64,000 nucleotides of DNA from an uncultured Verrucomicrobiae bacterium (GTDB lineage Bacteria; Verrucomicrobiota; Verrucomicrobiia; Chthoniobacterales; UBA10450): NCBI GenBank assembly GCA_963726745.1, contig CAVSDR010000002.1:320001-384000 (forward strand). Direction: 5' to 3'. The position numbers and the translations under genes were made by a program. This document shows, piece after piece, positions 34,775 through 44,711 of the stretch; position 1 is the first letter of the stretch; every line of letters starts with the position of its first letter. The notes beneath the pieces were generated by a model. That model was not told where the DNA came from. It did not search any database and was given only the letters and a program-made list of their open reading frames with translations.

Positions 34775-36787
34775 GTGCCATCCCCTCCAGAAAAATGTGC
34801 CGGCACAGCCTCCCAGGTCGTCCTGCTCGAGGAATATGCCGCCCTGGCCTCCGCCTTCTCCGCGCTCCTGCGGAAGTTTGCCCCGGAGAGCCGCGTCCGC
34901 GTGGTCCAGTCTTTCGTCGAGGTGGAACGAGCCGCTGCCGAGCAGCCCATCGACCTCCTGATCGCCGATTTCGACCCTGCGCAGAAAGGGGCGGTCGCCT
35001 TTTTCAAACGCCTGCGCGAGAACTCGCCCGCGACCCACGTGATCATCATCGCCGCGGATGACGCGCGCGAGATCGCCGCGGAGCCGAATGGCCCGGCCGC
35101 GTTCACCTTTCTGAAAAAGCCCTTCGAGGTGAACGGCTTTGGCCGCACGGTCGCGCAGTTGCTCGCCCCCGCTGCCACGGCGCTCCCGCTCCAGGATCTG
35201 GCGCTGATCGATCTGCTCGTCCTCCAGGCTGTTTCCGCCGCCAGCGGCATCCTCGAGGTTCGCAGCGCGCACGGTCGCTCCGGAGAGATTCACTTTTCCG
35301 GGGGCAAGATTGCGCATGCGGTCTGCCCTGGCCTGGTCGGGGTGACCGCGCTGCAGGAAATCCTGCGCTGGCCCGCCCCGCGCGTGGACGAAGTGCCCCG
35401 GCAAATCGATGCCCCCTGCAGCGTGCAGGGCGGCTGGGCCTTTGTCCTCCTGGAGGCCCTGCGCGCCACTCGGCCAAATCCGCGGCCGCTGCCGCCGAAC
35501 GAGGGGATACCGGCTGCCAAGCCCATTTCGGCGCGGCCGCGTCCGCTTCCATCGCCGCCGCCGCCGCCGGAGAAGAAGACTGCTGCAAACGCCGTCTTCG
35601 CAGGCAAGAAAATCCTCGTGATCGACGACACCGAAATGCTGCTCGTTTTCGTCGACGAAATCCTCTCCACCGCCGACCCGGAATTGAAGATCGTGACCGC
35701 TGCCAACGGACTCGACGGCGTGGAGCGGGCCCGCGAGGAGCAGCCCGACCTAATCTTGCTTGATTACAGCCTGCCAGACATCACCGGCGGCGAAGTTTGC
35801 CAGCGACTTCTGGCCAATCCGGAGACCGCCCGGCTGCCGGTGGTGATGATGTCCGGGCACGTGCCGGAAATGCTGAATGTGGCCGAGCGTTGCGAGAACG
35901 TGGTCGCGGCGATCCCGAAGCCGTTCCTTTCCACTTCGCTCCTCGAACTGGTCGAGAAGACCCTGGCCGACTTGCCGAAGCTTATCGCCGCACGTCGGAA
36001 GAAACCGAAGATTGCTGCCGTCCCGAAGCCCCCGGCACCGCCGCGCTCCAACAGCCGCAAGCAGCCAAACGGCGAGCATCCCGCAGCCGTCCCGCCGGCG
36101 GCAGCCGCGTCGGAAACGCCACCCGCACCCGCCATCCTGCCGCCTCCGGCACCCCCGACGATCGTGGCCCTGCCGCCGCTGCCTAACGAGAGCAGCAGCA
36201 TGCTCGCGCCCGCGCTGGTCCATGCGGGGAACAACAACGCGGTCGTCCTGACGCTGCCGCTGGAAGTGCTCTCGATCCAATTTTCCCCGAGCCTGCAGAT
36301 GAAAGCGATCCGCGCGCGCCCTTTCGCTTCCACGGTCTCGCTGCACGTGCTCCCGCAATCGCTCCCCGGCAGCGTCATTCCCGAGGCCGGCTTCGAGCTG
36401 GCCGCCGTCGACCTGGACGCGCGCGGGCAAATCGACACCATCCGCCTGGTGCCCACGACCAATGCGATTCCCTCGATCGCGAGTGACCAGGCCGTGCCCA
36501 TGGCCGGTATCGCGCTCCTTCCTTCCGCCGGCGAGAGCTCAATGGAACTCATGCCGGCGCCAACCGCGCCGATGCGGATGCAATTGACCGCGCTCTTCGA
36601 GCTGGCGGGCGTGGAATTAAGCAGCGGCTTCCGCGTGGCCCACCTGATCCTCAAGTGGCGCGGCGGGAAAATGCGCGTGAGCCTGCAACAGGATGCCGCG
36701 CAATCTGGAGTCACTTTCGAGACCGCGCAGGTGCTGCTCGATCGCTCGGCGAGGATCGCTGAGGTCCTGCTCGATGCGGTCGCTTAA
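34775..36787 (+). CDS. Multi-domain response regulator: degenerate REC, DUF4388-like, REC, Pro-rich linker, repeated C-terminal domain
   Basis: LQDLALIDLLVL..SGILEV..SGEIHFSGGKIAHA..ALQEILRW (DUF4388-like); KILVIDD..PDLILLDYSLPD..PKP (REC). Confidence 0.8.
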   Translation: MPSPPEKCAGTASQVVLLEEYAALASAFSALLRKFAPESRVRVVQSFVEVERAAAEQPIDLLIADFDPAQKGAVAFFKRLRENSPATHVIIIAADDAREIAAEPNGPAAFTFLKKPFEVNGFGRTVAQLLAPAATALPLQDLALIDLLVLQAVSAASGILEVRSAHGRSGEIHFSGGKIAHAVCPGLVGVTALQEILRWPAPRVDEVPRQIDAPCSVQGGWAFVLLEALRATRPNPRPLPPNEGIPAAKPISARPRPLPSPPPPPEKKTAANAVFAGKKILVIDDTEMLLVFVDEILSTADPELKIVTAANGLDGVERAREEQPDLILLDYSLPDITGGEVCQRLLANPETARLPVVMMSGHVPEMLNVAERCENVVAAIPKPFLSTSLLELVEKTLADLPKLIAARRKKPKIAAVPKPPAPPRSNSRKQPNGEHPAAVPPAAAASETPPAPAILPPPAPPTIVALPPLPNESSSMLAPALVHAGNNNAVVLTLPLEVLSIQFSPSLQMKAIRARPFASTVSLHVLPQSLPGSVIPEAGFELAAVDLDARGQIDTIRLVPTTNAIPSIASDQAVPMAGIALLPSAGESSMELMPAPTAPMRMQLTALFELAGVELSSGFRVAHLILKWRGGKMRVSLQQDAAQSGVTFETAQVLLDRSARIAEVLLDAVA

Positions 36788-37029
36788 TTCTCCGCGGTGT
36801 GCTCCGCGAGGAAGCGCTGCAGCTCGTCCACGCCGAAATTAGCCAGCACATTGCCGTCCCAATCGAGCGTCGGCGTCTTCGTTTGCCCGGAGAGTTGCTC
36901 GAGCTTTTTCATCCCCGAGGCGTCCCCGCGCACGTCGACTTCCTCGTAAGCGATCTGCTGCTCGTCGAGATATTCCTTCGCCCGGCGGCAATAGGGGCAG
37001 CCGGTCTTCACGTAAAGAATCGGCTTCAT
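36784..37029 (-). CDS. Glutaredoxin family protein
   Basis: LYVKTGCPYC, SGQTKTPTL. Confidence 0.88.
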   Translation of the reverse strand: MKPILYVKTGCPYCRRAKEYLDEQQIAYEEVDVRGDASGMKKLEQLSGQTKTPTLDWDGNVLANFGVDELQRFLAEHTAEN

Positions 37030-37068
37030 ACTTTAACATTCGGGCGCGCTTCCCTGCGCGGCCCTTAA

Positions 37069-38362
37069 TTACAACCCGAGCGCGCGGAAAGTTTCGTCCA
37101 CGTGCCGCAGATGCACCTCGAGGGAACAGAGCTCGTCGATCTTTGCCGGCGAAAGCAACGCCGTGATCTCCGGCTCGGCCTTGGCGTTCTCGGCGAACGA
37201 TTGCCCGCCTTTCCAGGTGCGCATGGCGGCGCGTTGCACGGCCTCGTATGCCGTCTTGCGCTCTGCGCCAGCACTCGTTAGGGCGAGGAGGATCGACTGG
37301 CTGAAGTAGAGGCCCTTGGTGCGCTCGAGATTCTCCCGCATGTGCTCCGGGTAAACCTGCAGGCCGGCGACCAGCTCACGCAATTTCGCCAGCATGTAGT
37401 CGAGCAGGATGCAGCCATCCGGCAGGATAATCCGCTCCGCGCTCGAGTGGCTGATGTCGCGCTCGTGCCAAAGGGCAACGTTCTCCAGCGCGGTCACCGC
37501 GTGGCCGCGAAGGACGCGCGCGAGGCCGCTCAGGCGTTCGCCGGTGATCGGGTTGCGCTTGTGCGGCATGGCCGAGCTCCCCTTTTGGCCTTCGCTGAAG
37601 AACTCCTCCACTTCGAGGACTTCGGTGCGTTGCAGATGGCGAAATTCCGTGGCCCAGCGGTCGATGCTGGAGGCGATCAACGCGAGCGTGGTCGAGAATT
37701 CCGCGTGTCGATCTCGCTGGATAATTTGCGTGGAGAGCGTGGCCGCTTTTAGACCCAGCTTCTCGCAAACCGCGCGCTCGATCGCCGGGTCGAGGTGCGC
37801 GTGCGTCCCGACCGCGCCGCTTAATTTTCCCACGCGCACGCGTTCCGCGGTCTGTGCCAGCCGTTCTTCTGCGCGGCCGAACTCGTCGAACATCAGCGCC
37901 ATCTTCAAGCCAAACGTGATCGGCTCCGCGTGAATCCCGTGGCTCCGGCCGATCATCGGCGTCATCTTGAAACGCTGCGCCTGCTCCGCGATCGCGACGC
38001 GCAGGCTTTTCAAGTCGTCGGCTAACAAGCGCGCGGCCTCGGTCATCTGCACCGCCAAGCGTAGTGTCGAGCACGTCGGAAGAGGTCAACCCCTGGTGCA
38101 TCCAACGCGCCGCCGGGCCCACGGAAGCGGCCACGTTCTCGAGGAACGCGATCACGTCGTGATTCGTCCGGCGCTCGATCTCCGCGATCTCGGGAATGGA
38201 AAAGCGAGCGCGCTGTCTAATTTGCTCTGCATCCGCGCGCGGGATCTGGCCCAGGTCGGCCATGGCTTCGCACGCGAGCGTTTCAATCTCGAGCCAGATC
38301 TCGAATTTGCGCTGCTCCGACCAAAGGGCGCGCATCTCCGCGCGCGAATAACGTTCGATCAC
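37069..38362 (-). CDS. purB: Adenylosuccinate lyase; one frameshift near 38058
   Basis: MIERYSR..HDVIAF..HQGLTSSDVLDT in one frame; GRSHGIHAEP, QKGSSAMPHKRNP, WHERDISHSS.ER in the next. Confidence 0.95.
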
Positions 38363-38399
38363 CGGCGGAAGATAGGAGCGGCCTCCGGGAGCGAAAGTG

Positions 38400-38433
38400 A
38401 AAAAGCCGCCGCAGCGCTTGCGCGCTGGGCGGC
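38400..38433 (-). terminator. Probable intrinsic terminator of the 38466-38648 gene
   Basis: GCCGCC(G)CAGCGC-TTGC-GCGCTG-GGCGGC hairpin followed by a T-run on the minus strand (AAAAA at 38400-38404 on +). Confidence 0.6.
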
Positions 38434-38465
38434 GTTCCCCACAAACCTAACTAAAGTCGGAGCGA

Positions 38466-38648
38466 CTAGCAGACGCGAGCGCGCGCGAAGCGGCCGTTGC
38501 TCTGCACACGGACTTGGCCGCTGCCGAGCAAATCAGCCACTGCGGCAACCGTTTCTTTCGTGCTCTTCGTGCACGAGCTCACCGCGAAGATGAGATCGCC
38601 CAGGGAGAGTTTCGGCGTCGATTTGAGGATTTGATTAGTCTTCTTCAT
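38466..38648 (-). CDS. Small hypothetical protein (60 aa)
   Basis: ATG-start ORF in an otherwise empty gap, followed by a terminator. Confidence 0.55.
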   Translation of the reverse strand: MKKTNQILKSTPKLSLGDLIFAVSSCTKSTKETVAAVADLLGSGQVRVQSNGRFARARVC

Positions 38649-38751
38649 AGGGTTGCCTGCTTAGATAGCAGGCGCGATGCCAGCGTTCATTATCGCTCGC
38701 TGTCGAGGCGAAGAATTTTGCCGGCCCTTTGGAAACCGCTCTCAGCGAAAG

Positions 38752-38775
38752 CATTCTGACAGAAGTGTCAGAATG
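38752..38775. promoter_or_regulatory. Perfect 10-bp inverted repeat (operator or terminator candidate)
   Basis: CATTCTGACA-GAAG-TGTCAGAATG. Confidence 0.5.
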
Positions 38776-38786
38776 TTGACACGGCC

Positions 38787-39419
38787 TTACGTCGCAGTTT
38801 TGCGAGCACTGAGTCGCATCACCACGAGATAGAGCGCGGCAAAGACGACGATCAGGAGCACGATCCAGAGCGACTGCGACTTGATGAAAGCCACCATCGC
38901 TTCCGGGTTGGAAATCAAGTCTGGCCGGAGCGTGTAGGCCCGGCGCCCGAGGTGCGCGAGGATGTAGCACCAAATGGCCGAGCCGGTGATCGTAACGGCG
39001 CTGAAAAGCGCGAAGTTCATCCGCACGATCCCCGCGGGAATCGAGATCAGATGGCGGATCACCGGCAGCAGGCGCGCAAAAAACACTCCGCCCGCCTCGT
39101 AGCGCGCGAGCCAGATCTCGGCGCGGTCGAGCTTTTCCGCGCTCAGGAAAAAGAAGCGGCCGAAGCGCACCACCAGCGGCCGTCCGACGGCCAGCGAAAC
39201 CCAATAGGTGATCGCCGAGCCGAGATACGACCCGACCGTCCCAGCCACCACCACCCAGGTAAAATCGAGATGCCCCTGCGCTGCGAGGAATGCCGCCGGC
39301 GGGATCACCACTTCGCTCGGCACCGGGAAGATGGAACTCTCCATCGCCATCAGGATGATGATGCCCCAGTAGCCCCAGTGCTGGACCCAACCGAACCAAA
39401 TCTCGAGAAGATGATGCAT
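38787..39419 (-). CDS. DedA family membrane protein
   Basis: MAMESSIFPVPSEVVIPPAAF, GRPLV.RFG, FFARLLPVIRHLISIPAG. Confidence 0.93.
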   Translation of the reverse strand: MHHLLEIWFGWVQHWGYWGIIILMAMESSIFPVPSEVVIPPAAFLAAQGHLDFTWVVVAGTVGSYLGSAITYWVSLAVGRPLVVRFGRFFFLSAEKLDRAEIWLARYEAGGVFFARLLPVIRHLISIPAGIVRMNFALFSAVTITGSAIWCYILAHLGRRAYTLRPDLISNPEAMVAFIKSQSLWIVLLIVVFAALYLVVMRLSARKTAT

Positions 39420-39520
39420 GGGCGATTTCTAATTTCGGAATTCTGCCTTAGCCTCGGCAAACGCCAACGGCCGGCGCGCTAGATCAACGAGAAATCCGCC
39501 CTCCGCAATCAGAAATCCCC

Positions 39521-41296
39521 ATGTCGATCTACCGGCGCGTGCTGCAATATTACCGGCCATTCCTCGGCCAGACCGTCGCCGGTCTCCTGCTCACGCTCTG
39601 CGGGATCGGCTTGAACCTGCTTAAGCCCTGGCCGTTTAAGCTCATCGTCGATCACGTCCTTCCCGCGGCCGGGAGCGGCGCGCAGACCACCATCTTGCTG
39701 CCTAATTTGCCGGCCTTTTCGATTAAAGGGGCGGTCGCCCTGCTCTGCCTCACGCTCGTGGCCATCCAGATCGTCTGGGGCTTGTGCAACCTCGTGAGCA
39801 ATTTCCTTTTCGTCCGCGTCGGCCTGCGCGCCCTGCTCAAGCTGCGCACCAACCTCTACGCCTACCTGCAGTCGCTCTCCCTGCGGTATCACGACGCTCG
39901 CCGCTCGAGCGATTCCTCCTTCCGCGTGGCCTACGACTCGCAGGCCATCCAGACGATCTACAACCAGGGCTTCACCAACATCTTTAACAGCGGGATCACG
40001 CTCCTCGGCACCTTCGTGATCATGATCGGGATCGACTGGCAGCTGACCTTGCTCTCGTTAGGCGTGGTTCCGGCGATCGTGGCCGCGATCTACTATTTCG
40101 CGCGCAAGATTCGCAGCCAATCGACCCACATTCACGAGCAGGAAAGCGCTCTCCTGGCGCAGGCGCAGGAAGGTCTCAGCTCCGTGCGCATGGTCCACGC
40201 CTTCGGCCGCGAGGAGTGGGAGGTGCGCCAGTTCCAGCACCAGGCGCAGGAGAGCTTGCGCGCTAATTTGCGCCTTACCCTCACAAACGTGAACAGCGCG
40301 CTCGTCATTAGCACGCTCATGGTTCTGGGCACCGCAGCGATGTATTACGTCGGCACGCTGCACGTTTTAGCCGGCACCCTCACGCTCGGCTCGCTTCTGG
40401 TTTTCAGCGCCTATTTGCTGATGCTTTACCAGCCGCTCGAATCGCTCACCTACACCACCTGGGCGATGGAGGGCGCGGCGGCCGGCGCGCAGCGCTGCTT
40501 CGAGGTGCTCGATCGCGCCGACGACGTGGTCGATGCGCCCGGCGCGGCCGTGATCACCCAGACCGCCGGCTCGATTCGCTTCGAAGCGGTCGACTTCGGC
40601 TATTCCCTGGAGCAACCGGTCCTGCGCGCGATCGATCTCGAGATTTCGCCGAACCAAACGGTTGCCCTCGTCGGCGGCACCGGCGCGGGCAAGAGCACGC
40701 TGCTGAGCCTGGTCCCGCGCTTTTACGACCCGACGGCCGGGCGCGTCTTGCTCGATGGCCGCGACCTGCGCGCGATCACCAAAAAATCTCTCCGCGCGCA
40801 CATCGGCATCGTCCTGCAGGACACGCTGCTTTTCTCCACCACCGTGCGCGAAAATATCGCCTACGGCCGGCCCAACGCGACCGATGCCGAGATTGAAGAA
40901 GCCGCGCGCCGCGCCCAGGCCGACGATTTCATCCGGCAAATGCCCAATGGTTACCGCAGCCAGGTGGGCGAGCGCGGCGGACACTTGAGTGTCGGCCAGC
41001 GGCAGCGGATCGGGATCGCGCGCGCCTTTCTCAAGAACGCCCCCATCCTGCTGCTCGACGAGCCCACCTCCGCCCTCGACCCGACCACGGAAGCGGCGAT
41101 CATGGAGACGATGAAGGAACTGATGCGCGGCCGCACCACCTTGATCGTGACTCACCGGATCGCGACCATCCACCACGTCGACCGCATCGTCGTCCTGCAA
41201 CGCGGCGAGATCGTCGAGCAAGGCCGCGGGCCCGAGTTGGTCGACGCCGGCGGGCCTTACGCGGCGCTGTATGCGGCCGGAAATTACCCTCGTTAG
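39521..41296 (+). CDS. ABC exporter, fused TMD-NBD (MsbA-like)
   Basis: TM domain followed by GGTGAGKSTL, VGERGGHLSVGQRQR, LLLDEPTSALD. Confidence 0.93.
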   Translation: MSIYRRVLQYYRPFLGQTVAGLLLTLCGIGLNLLKPWPFKLIVDHVLPAAGSGAQTTILLPNLPAFSIKGAVALLCLTLVAIQIVWGLCNLVSNFLFVRVGLRALLKLRTNLYAYLQSLSLRYHDARRSSDSSFRVAYDSQAIQTIYNQGFTNIFNSGITLLGTFVIMIGIDWQLTLLSLGVVPAIVAAIYYFARKIRSQSTHIHEQESALLAQAQEGLSSVRMVHAFGREEWEVRQFQHQAQESLRANLRLTLTNVNSALVISTLMVLGTAAMYYVGTLHVLAGTLTLGSLLVFSAYLLMLYQPLESLTYTTWAMEGAAAGAQRCFEVLDRADDVVDAPGAAVITQTAGSIRFEAVDFGYSLEQPVLRAIDLEISPNQTVALVGGTGAGKSTLLSLVPRFYDPTAGRVLLDGRDLRAITKKSLRAHIGIVLQDTLLFSTTVRENIAYGRPNATDAEIEEAARRAQADDFIRQMPNGYRSQVGERGGHLSVGQRQRIGIARAFLKNAPILLLDEPTSALDPTTEAAIMETMKELMRGRTTLIVTHRIATIHHVDRIVVLQRGEIVEQGRGPELVDAGGPYAALYAAGNYPR

Positions 41297-41299
41297 ACC

Positions 41300-41890
41300 A
41301 TGAGCAATGTAAACCAGGAGCGACGCGTCGAAGGCGATTGGTGGCATCATCCGATTCCCGAAAATGTCGTCTACGGCGAAGGCTTTTACCTCGAGACGGC
41401 GCAGAGTTTTCGCCACTTCAAAAGCAAGCGCGAACGCGCGGTCGTGATCGGCGATCACGTCTCTTGCTACGCCGGCTGTTCCTTTGCCATCGGCTTGAAC
41501 GGCTCCTGCACCATCGGCGATTTCACGCTCGTGAATGGCGCCCTGATCATGGCCGAGGAACGGATCGAGATTGGAAAGCACTGCCTGATTTCCTGGAACG
41601 TCGGCCTGGCCGATTCCGACTTTCACCCGCTCGACACCGCGCAGCGTCACCTCGACACCCTCGCGCTCGCGCCTTTCTACAAAGACCGCCCGCCGCGCCC
41701 GGTTCTCCGGACCGCGCCGGTGATCATCCAGGACGGCGCGTGGGTCGGGATGAACGCGGTCATCCTCAAGGGCGTGACCATTGGCGAAAACTCCGTCGTC
41801 GCCGCCGGCGCGGTCGTTAGTCGGAGCGTGCCGGCTAATGTCATCGTTGCCGGAAACCCCGCGGTGATTGTGAAAGAACTTCCGGCCTAA
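41300..41890 (+). CDS. Hexapeptide-repeat (LbH) acyltransferase
   Basis: IGKHCLISWNV.LADSDFHP, WVGMNAVILKGVTIGENSVVAAGAVV..VAGNPA. Confidence 0.9.
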   Translation: MSNVNQERRVEGDWWHHPIPENVVYGEGFYLETAQSFRHFKSKRERAVVIGDHVSCYAGCSFAIGLNGSCTIGDFTLVNGALIMAEERIEIGKHCLISWNVGLADSDFHPLDTAQRHLDTLALAPFYKDRPPRPVLRTAPVIIQDGAWVGMNAVILKGVTIGENSVVAAGAVVSRSVPANVIVAGNPAVIVKELPA

Positions 41891-41896
41891 CGAGCG

Positions 41897-43068
41897 ATGG
41901 AGCGCAAGCGCATCGTCGTCCTCGGCTTCATGGGCTCGATCCCGATCGCCGGGGTGATTTGGCAGCACCTGCATTACCTCGTCGGGCTGCAACGGCTGGG
42001 GCATGAGGTCTACTACCTCGAGGATTCCGGCAGGCATCCCTACGACCCTGCGACGGGCGACGTCTCCGAGGATTACGGCTACGCCGCGCGTCTCCTGCGG
42101 AAATTAGGCGACGAGTTCGGCTTTGCGGATCGCTGGTCCTTTTGCGCGCGTTATCTGCCGGGGGAGCCGACCGCCGGCCTCTCGCTGGCAAAGATTCGCG
42201 AGCTTTATCGCGACGCCGATGCGCTCTTGAATGTCTGCGGGTCGCAGGAATTACACGACGACTTGTCGGCTAACGACCGCTTGATCTACGTCGAAAGCGA
42301 TCCCGGCCTCGAACAAATCAAAGTCGACCAGGGAGTCGAGAAAACCCTCGCCTATCTCCGGCAGCACCGCGCGCTTTTCACCTTTGGCGAGAACGTCGGC
42401 ACCCCCCGTTTTGCCGTGCCGACACAGGGCATGAAGTGGCTGCCTACCCGCCAGCCGGTGGTGACTGATTTCTGGCGCGCCGAAGCCTGCCGCCGGCCGG
42501 CGCGGTCTTCACTTCGATCGCGAATTGGAACACGAGCGATCTGAAAGACATCGAGTGGCGCGGCGAGAAATATGTCTGGAGCAAGTCGCGCGAGTTTCTC
42601 CGCTTTGTCGAAGCACCGGCGCGCGCGGGCGAGACCTTCGAGCTGGCCACCAATATCCGCGAGGAGGCCACGCGTGCGCAATTCCTTGCCGCGGGCTGGC
42701 GCTTTCATTCGCCTCAGGAGATCAGCGACGACTGGCATCTCTACCGCGATTACATCCGCGATTCGAAGGGCGAGTTCACCGTCGCGAAGGATCAATACGT
42801 GCGCCTCCGCAGCGGCTGGTTCAGCGACCGGAGCGCCTGCTACCTCGCCGCCGGACGGCCGGTCATTACCCAGCAAACTGGATTCACCGAGCACTACGGC
42901 GGCGGCGGCGGGCTCTTTGCTTTCGACTCGTTAGGCGAGATCGCCGAGGCGGTGCGCGCAATCAATGCCGACTATGCGCATCACGCGCGGGCCGCGGCCG
43001 AGCTGGCGCGGGAGGTCTTCGAAGCGGAGACCGTTCTCGCTTCGCTGCTCGACCGCGCGGGCATTTGA
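41897..43068 (+). CDS. Putative GT-B glycosyltransferase; one frameshift near 42490
   Basis: WQHLHYLVGLQRLGHEVYYLEDSG at the N-terminus; after the shift FTSIANW..KGEFTVAKDQYVRLRSGWFSDRSACYLAAGRPVITQQTGF. Confidence 0.75.
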
Positions 43069-43103
43069 TTTCGCAGGCCTTTGTCTCATCTTCCCGGTTC
43101 CTG

Positions 43104-44711
43104 ATGAGGCATCTCGCATTTCTTTCGACGGTCCTCCTGCTCTCTGCCGGCCTGTTGCCCGCACAGCAAAAAGGCACCCTGCCGCCCACCGGCGAGCCGC
43201 ACGCTTCCTCCAGCCCCGCGCTTCCGCCTGCCGGAAATGTCGCCCCGCCGGCGGTGCCCGCGCGCCCGAACGGTAACATCCAGAGCAGCCTCGTGCGGAT
43301 TACCTCGACCGAGTTGGAACCGGATTACCGCGCGCCCTGGAATAGCGGCGCGATCCAGCGCGGGGTCGGCGCCGGGTTTGTCATCGAGGGCGATCGCATC
43401 ATGACCAATGCTCACGTCGTGAGCAACAGCCGCTACCTCACGGTCGAGCGCGAAGGCGACCCGAATAAGTATCCCGCGAGCGTTCTCTTCGTGGCGCACG
43501 ATTGCGATCTCGCCCTGATCAAGGTGGCTTCGCCCGAGTTCTACCGGAACATGGTGCCGCTTAAATTTGGCGGCATTCCCGAGCTCGAGTCGACCGTCTC
43601 CGCTTACGGTTACCCGATCGGCGGGCAGCGCATGTCGGTCACCACCGGGATCGTTTCGCGGGTCGACTTCCAGCTCTACACGCACTCGTCGATCGACCAG
43701 CACCTCGCGATTCAGATCAGCGCGCAGATTAATCCCGGGAACAGCGGCGGCCCGGTGATGCAGAACGGCAAAGTCGTAGGCGTGGCCTTCCAAGGTTACA
43801 GCGGCGACGTCGCGCAAGGCGTGGCCTACATGATCCCGACGCCGGTGGTGACCCGTTTTTTAAAGGACGTGAGCGATGGGCGCTATGATCGCTACGTCGA
43901 TCTCGGATTGACCTATTCGAAGCTGCAAAATCCCGCGCAACGCCGCTTCCTCGGGCTGGAAGATAACGATCGCGGGGTGCTCGTGAACACCGTGGTGGCG
44001 GCGGCCAACGCCTCGAAGGTGCTCAAGTCTGGCGACGTTCTCCTGGCGATCGACGATCACCCGATCGCGAGCGATTCCTTTGTCGAACTCGAAGGCGAAC
44101 GCGTGGAAATGCCGGAAGTGGTCGAGCGGAAATTTCGCGGCGACACGGTCAAGCTTGACCTCTTGCGCGACCGGCAGCCGATGACGGTGAACGTCGAACT
44201 CGGCCCGATCTGGCCTTACTCGATCCAGGGTCATCACTACGATGTCCAGCCGCGCTACGTGGTTTTTGGCGGCCTGCTCTTCCAGCCGATGTCTCTCGAC
44301 ATGATGCAGGCTTACCAGCCGCAGGACCTGCGTTTGCGCCATTACTTCGACTTCTTCGTGATCGAGCAGATCTACCTCGAACATCCGGAAGTGATCGTGC
44401 TGACTAATATCCTGCCAGATCCGATTAACACTTACCTCCAGCCTTATCGCGCCGGGATCGTCGATGAGGTCAATGGCCAGAAGATCAAAACCATCGCCGA
44501 CCTCGCGAAGGCCTTTGCGGAAACGCCTGCGCAATACGTCATCCGCTTTATCGGCGACGGCCCGCCGCTCATCCTCGACCGCGCGGAAGTGGAAGCGGCG
44601 CGAGAGCGGATCAAGACGCGCTACAACGTGGTCAAGGAACAGAACCTGAACGAGGAAACGCCGCCGAAGCCGCCAGTAGACCCCGCCCCGAAAGAGGAGG
44701 AGGCGAAGTGA
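43104..44711 (+). CDS. Secreted trypsin-like serine protease with PDZ domains (Deg2-type HtrA)
   Basis: Signal peptide; TNAHVV, DCDLAL, INPGNSGGP triad; PDZ region; YVVFGGLLFQP. Confidence 0.9.
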   Translation: MRHLAFLSTVLLLSAGLLPAQQKGTLPPTGEPHASSSPALPPAGNVAPPAVPARPNGNIQSSLVRITSTELEPDYRAPWNSGAIQRGVGAGFVIEGDRIMTNAHVVSNSRYLTVEREGDPNKYPASVLFVAHDCDLALIKVASPEFYRNMVPLKFGGIPELESTVSAYGYPIGGQRMSVTTGIVSRVDFQLYTHSSIDQHLAIQISAQINPGNSGGPVMQNGKVVGVAFQGYSGDVAQGVAYMIPTPVVTRFLKDVSDGRYDRYVDLGLTYSKLQNPAQRRFLGLEDNDRGVLVNTVVAAANASKVLKSGDVLLAIDDHPIASDSFVELEGERVEMPEVVERKFRGDTVKLDLLRDRQPMTVNVELGPIWPYSIQGHHYDVQPRYVVFGGLLFQPMSLDMMQAYQPQDLRLRHYFDFFVIEQIYLEHPEVIVLTNILPDPINTYLQPYRAGIVDEVNGQKIKTIADLAKAFAETPAQYVIRFIGDGPPLILDRAEVEAARERIKTRYNVVKEQNLNEETPPKPPVDPAPKEEEAK

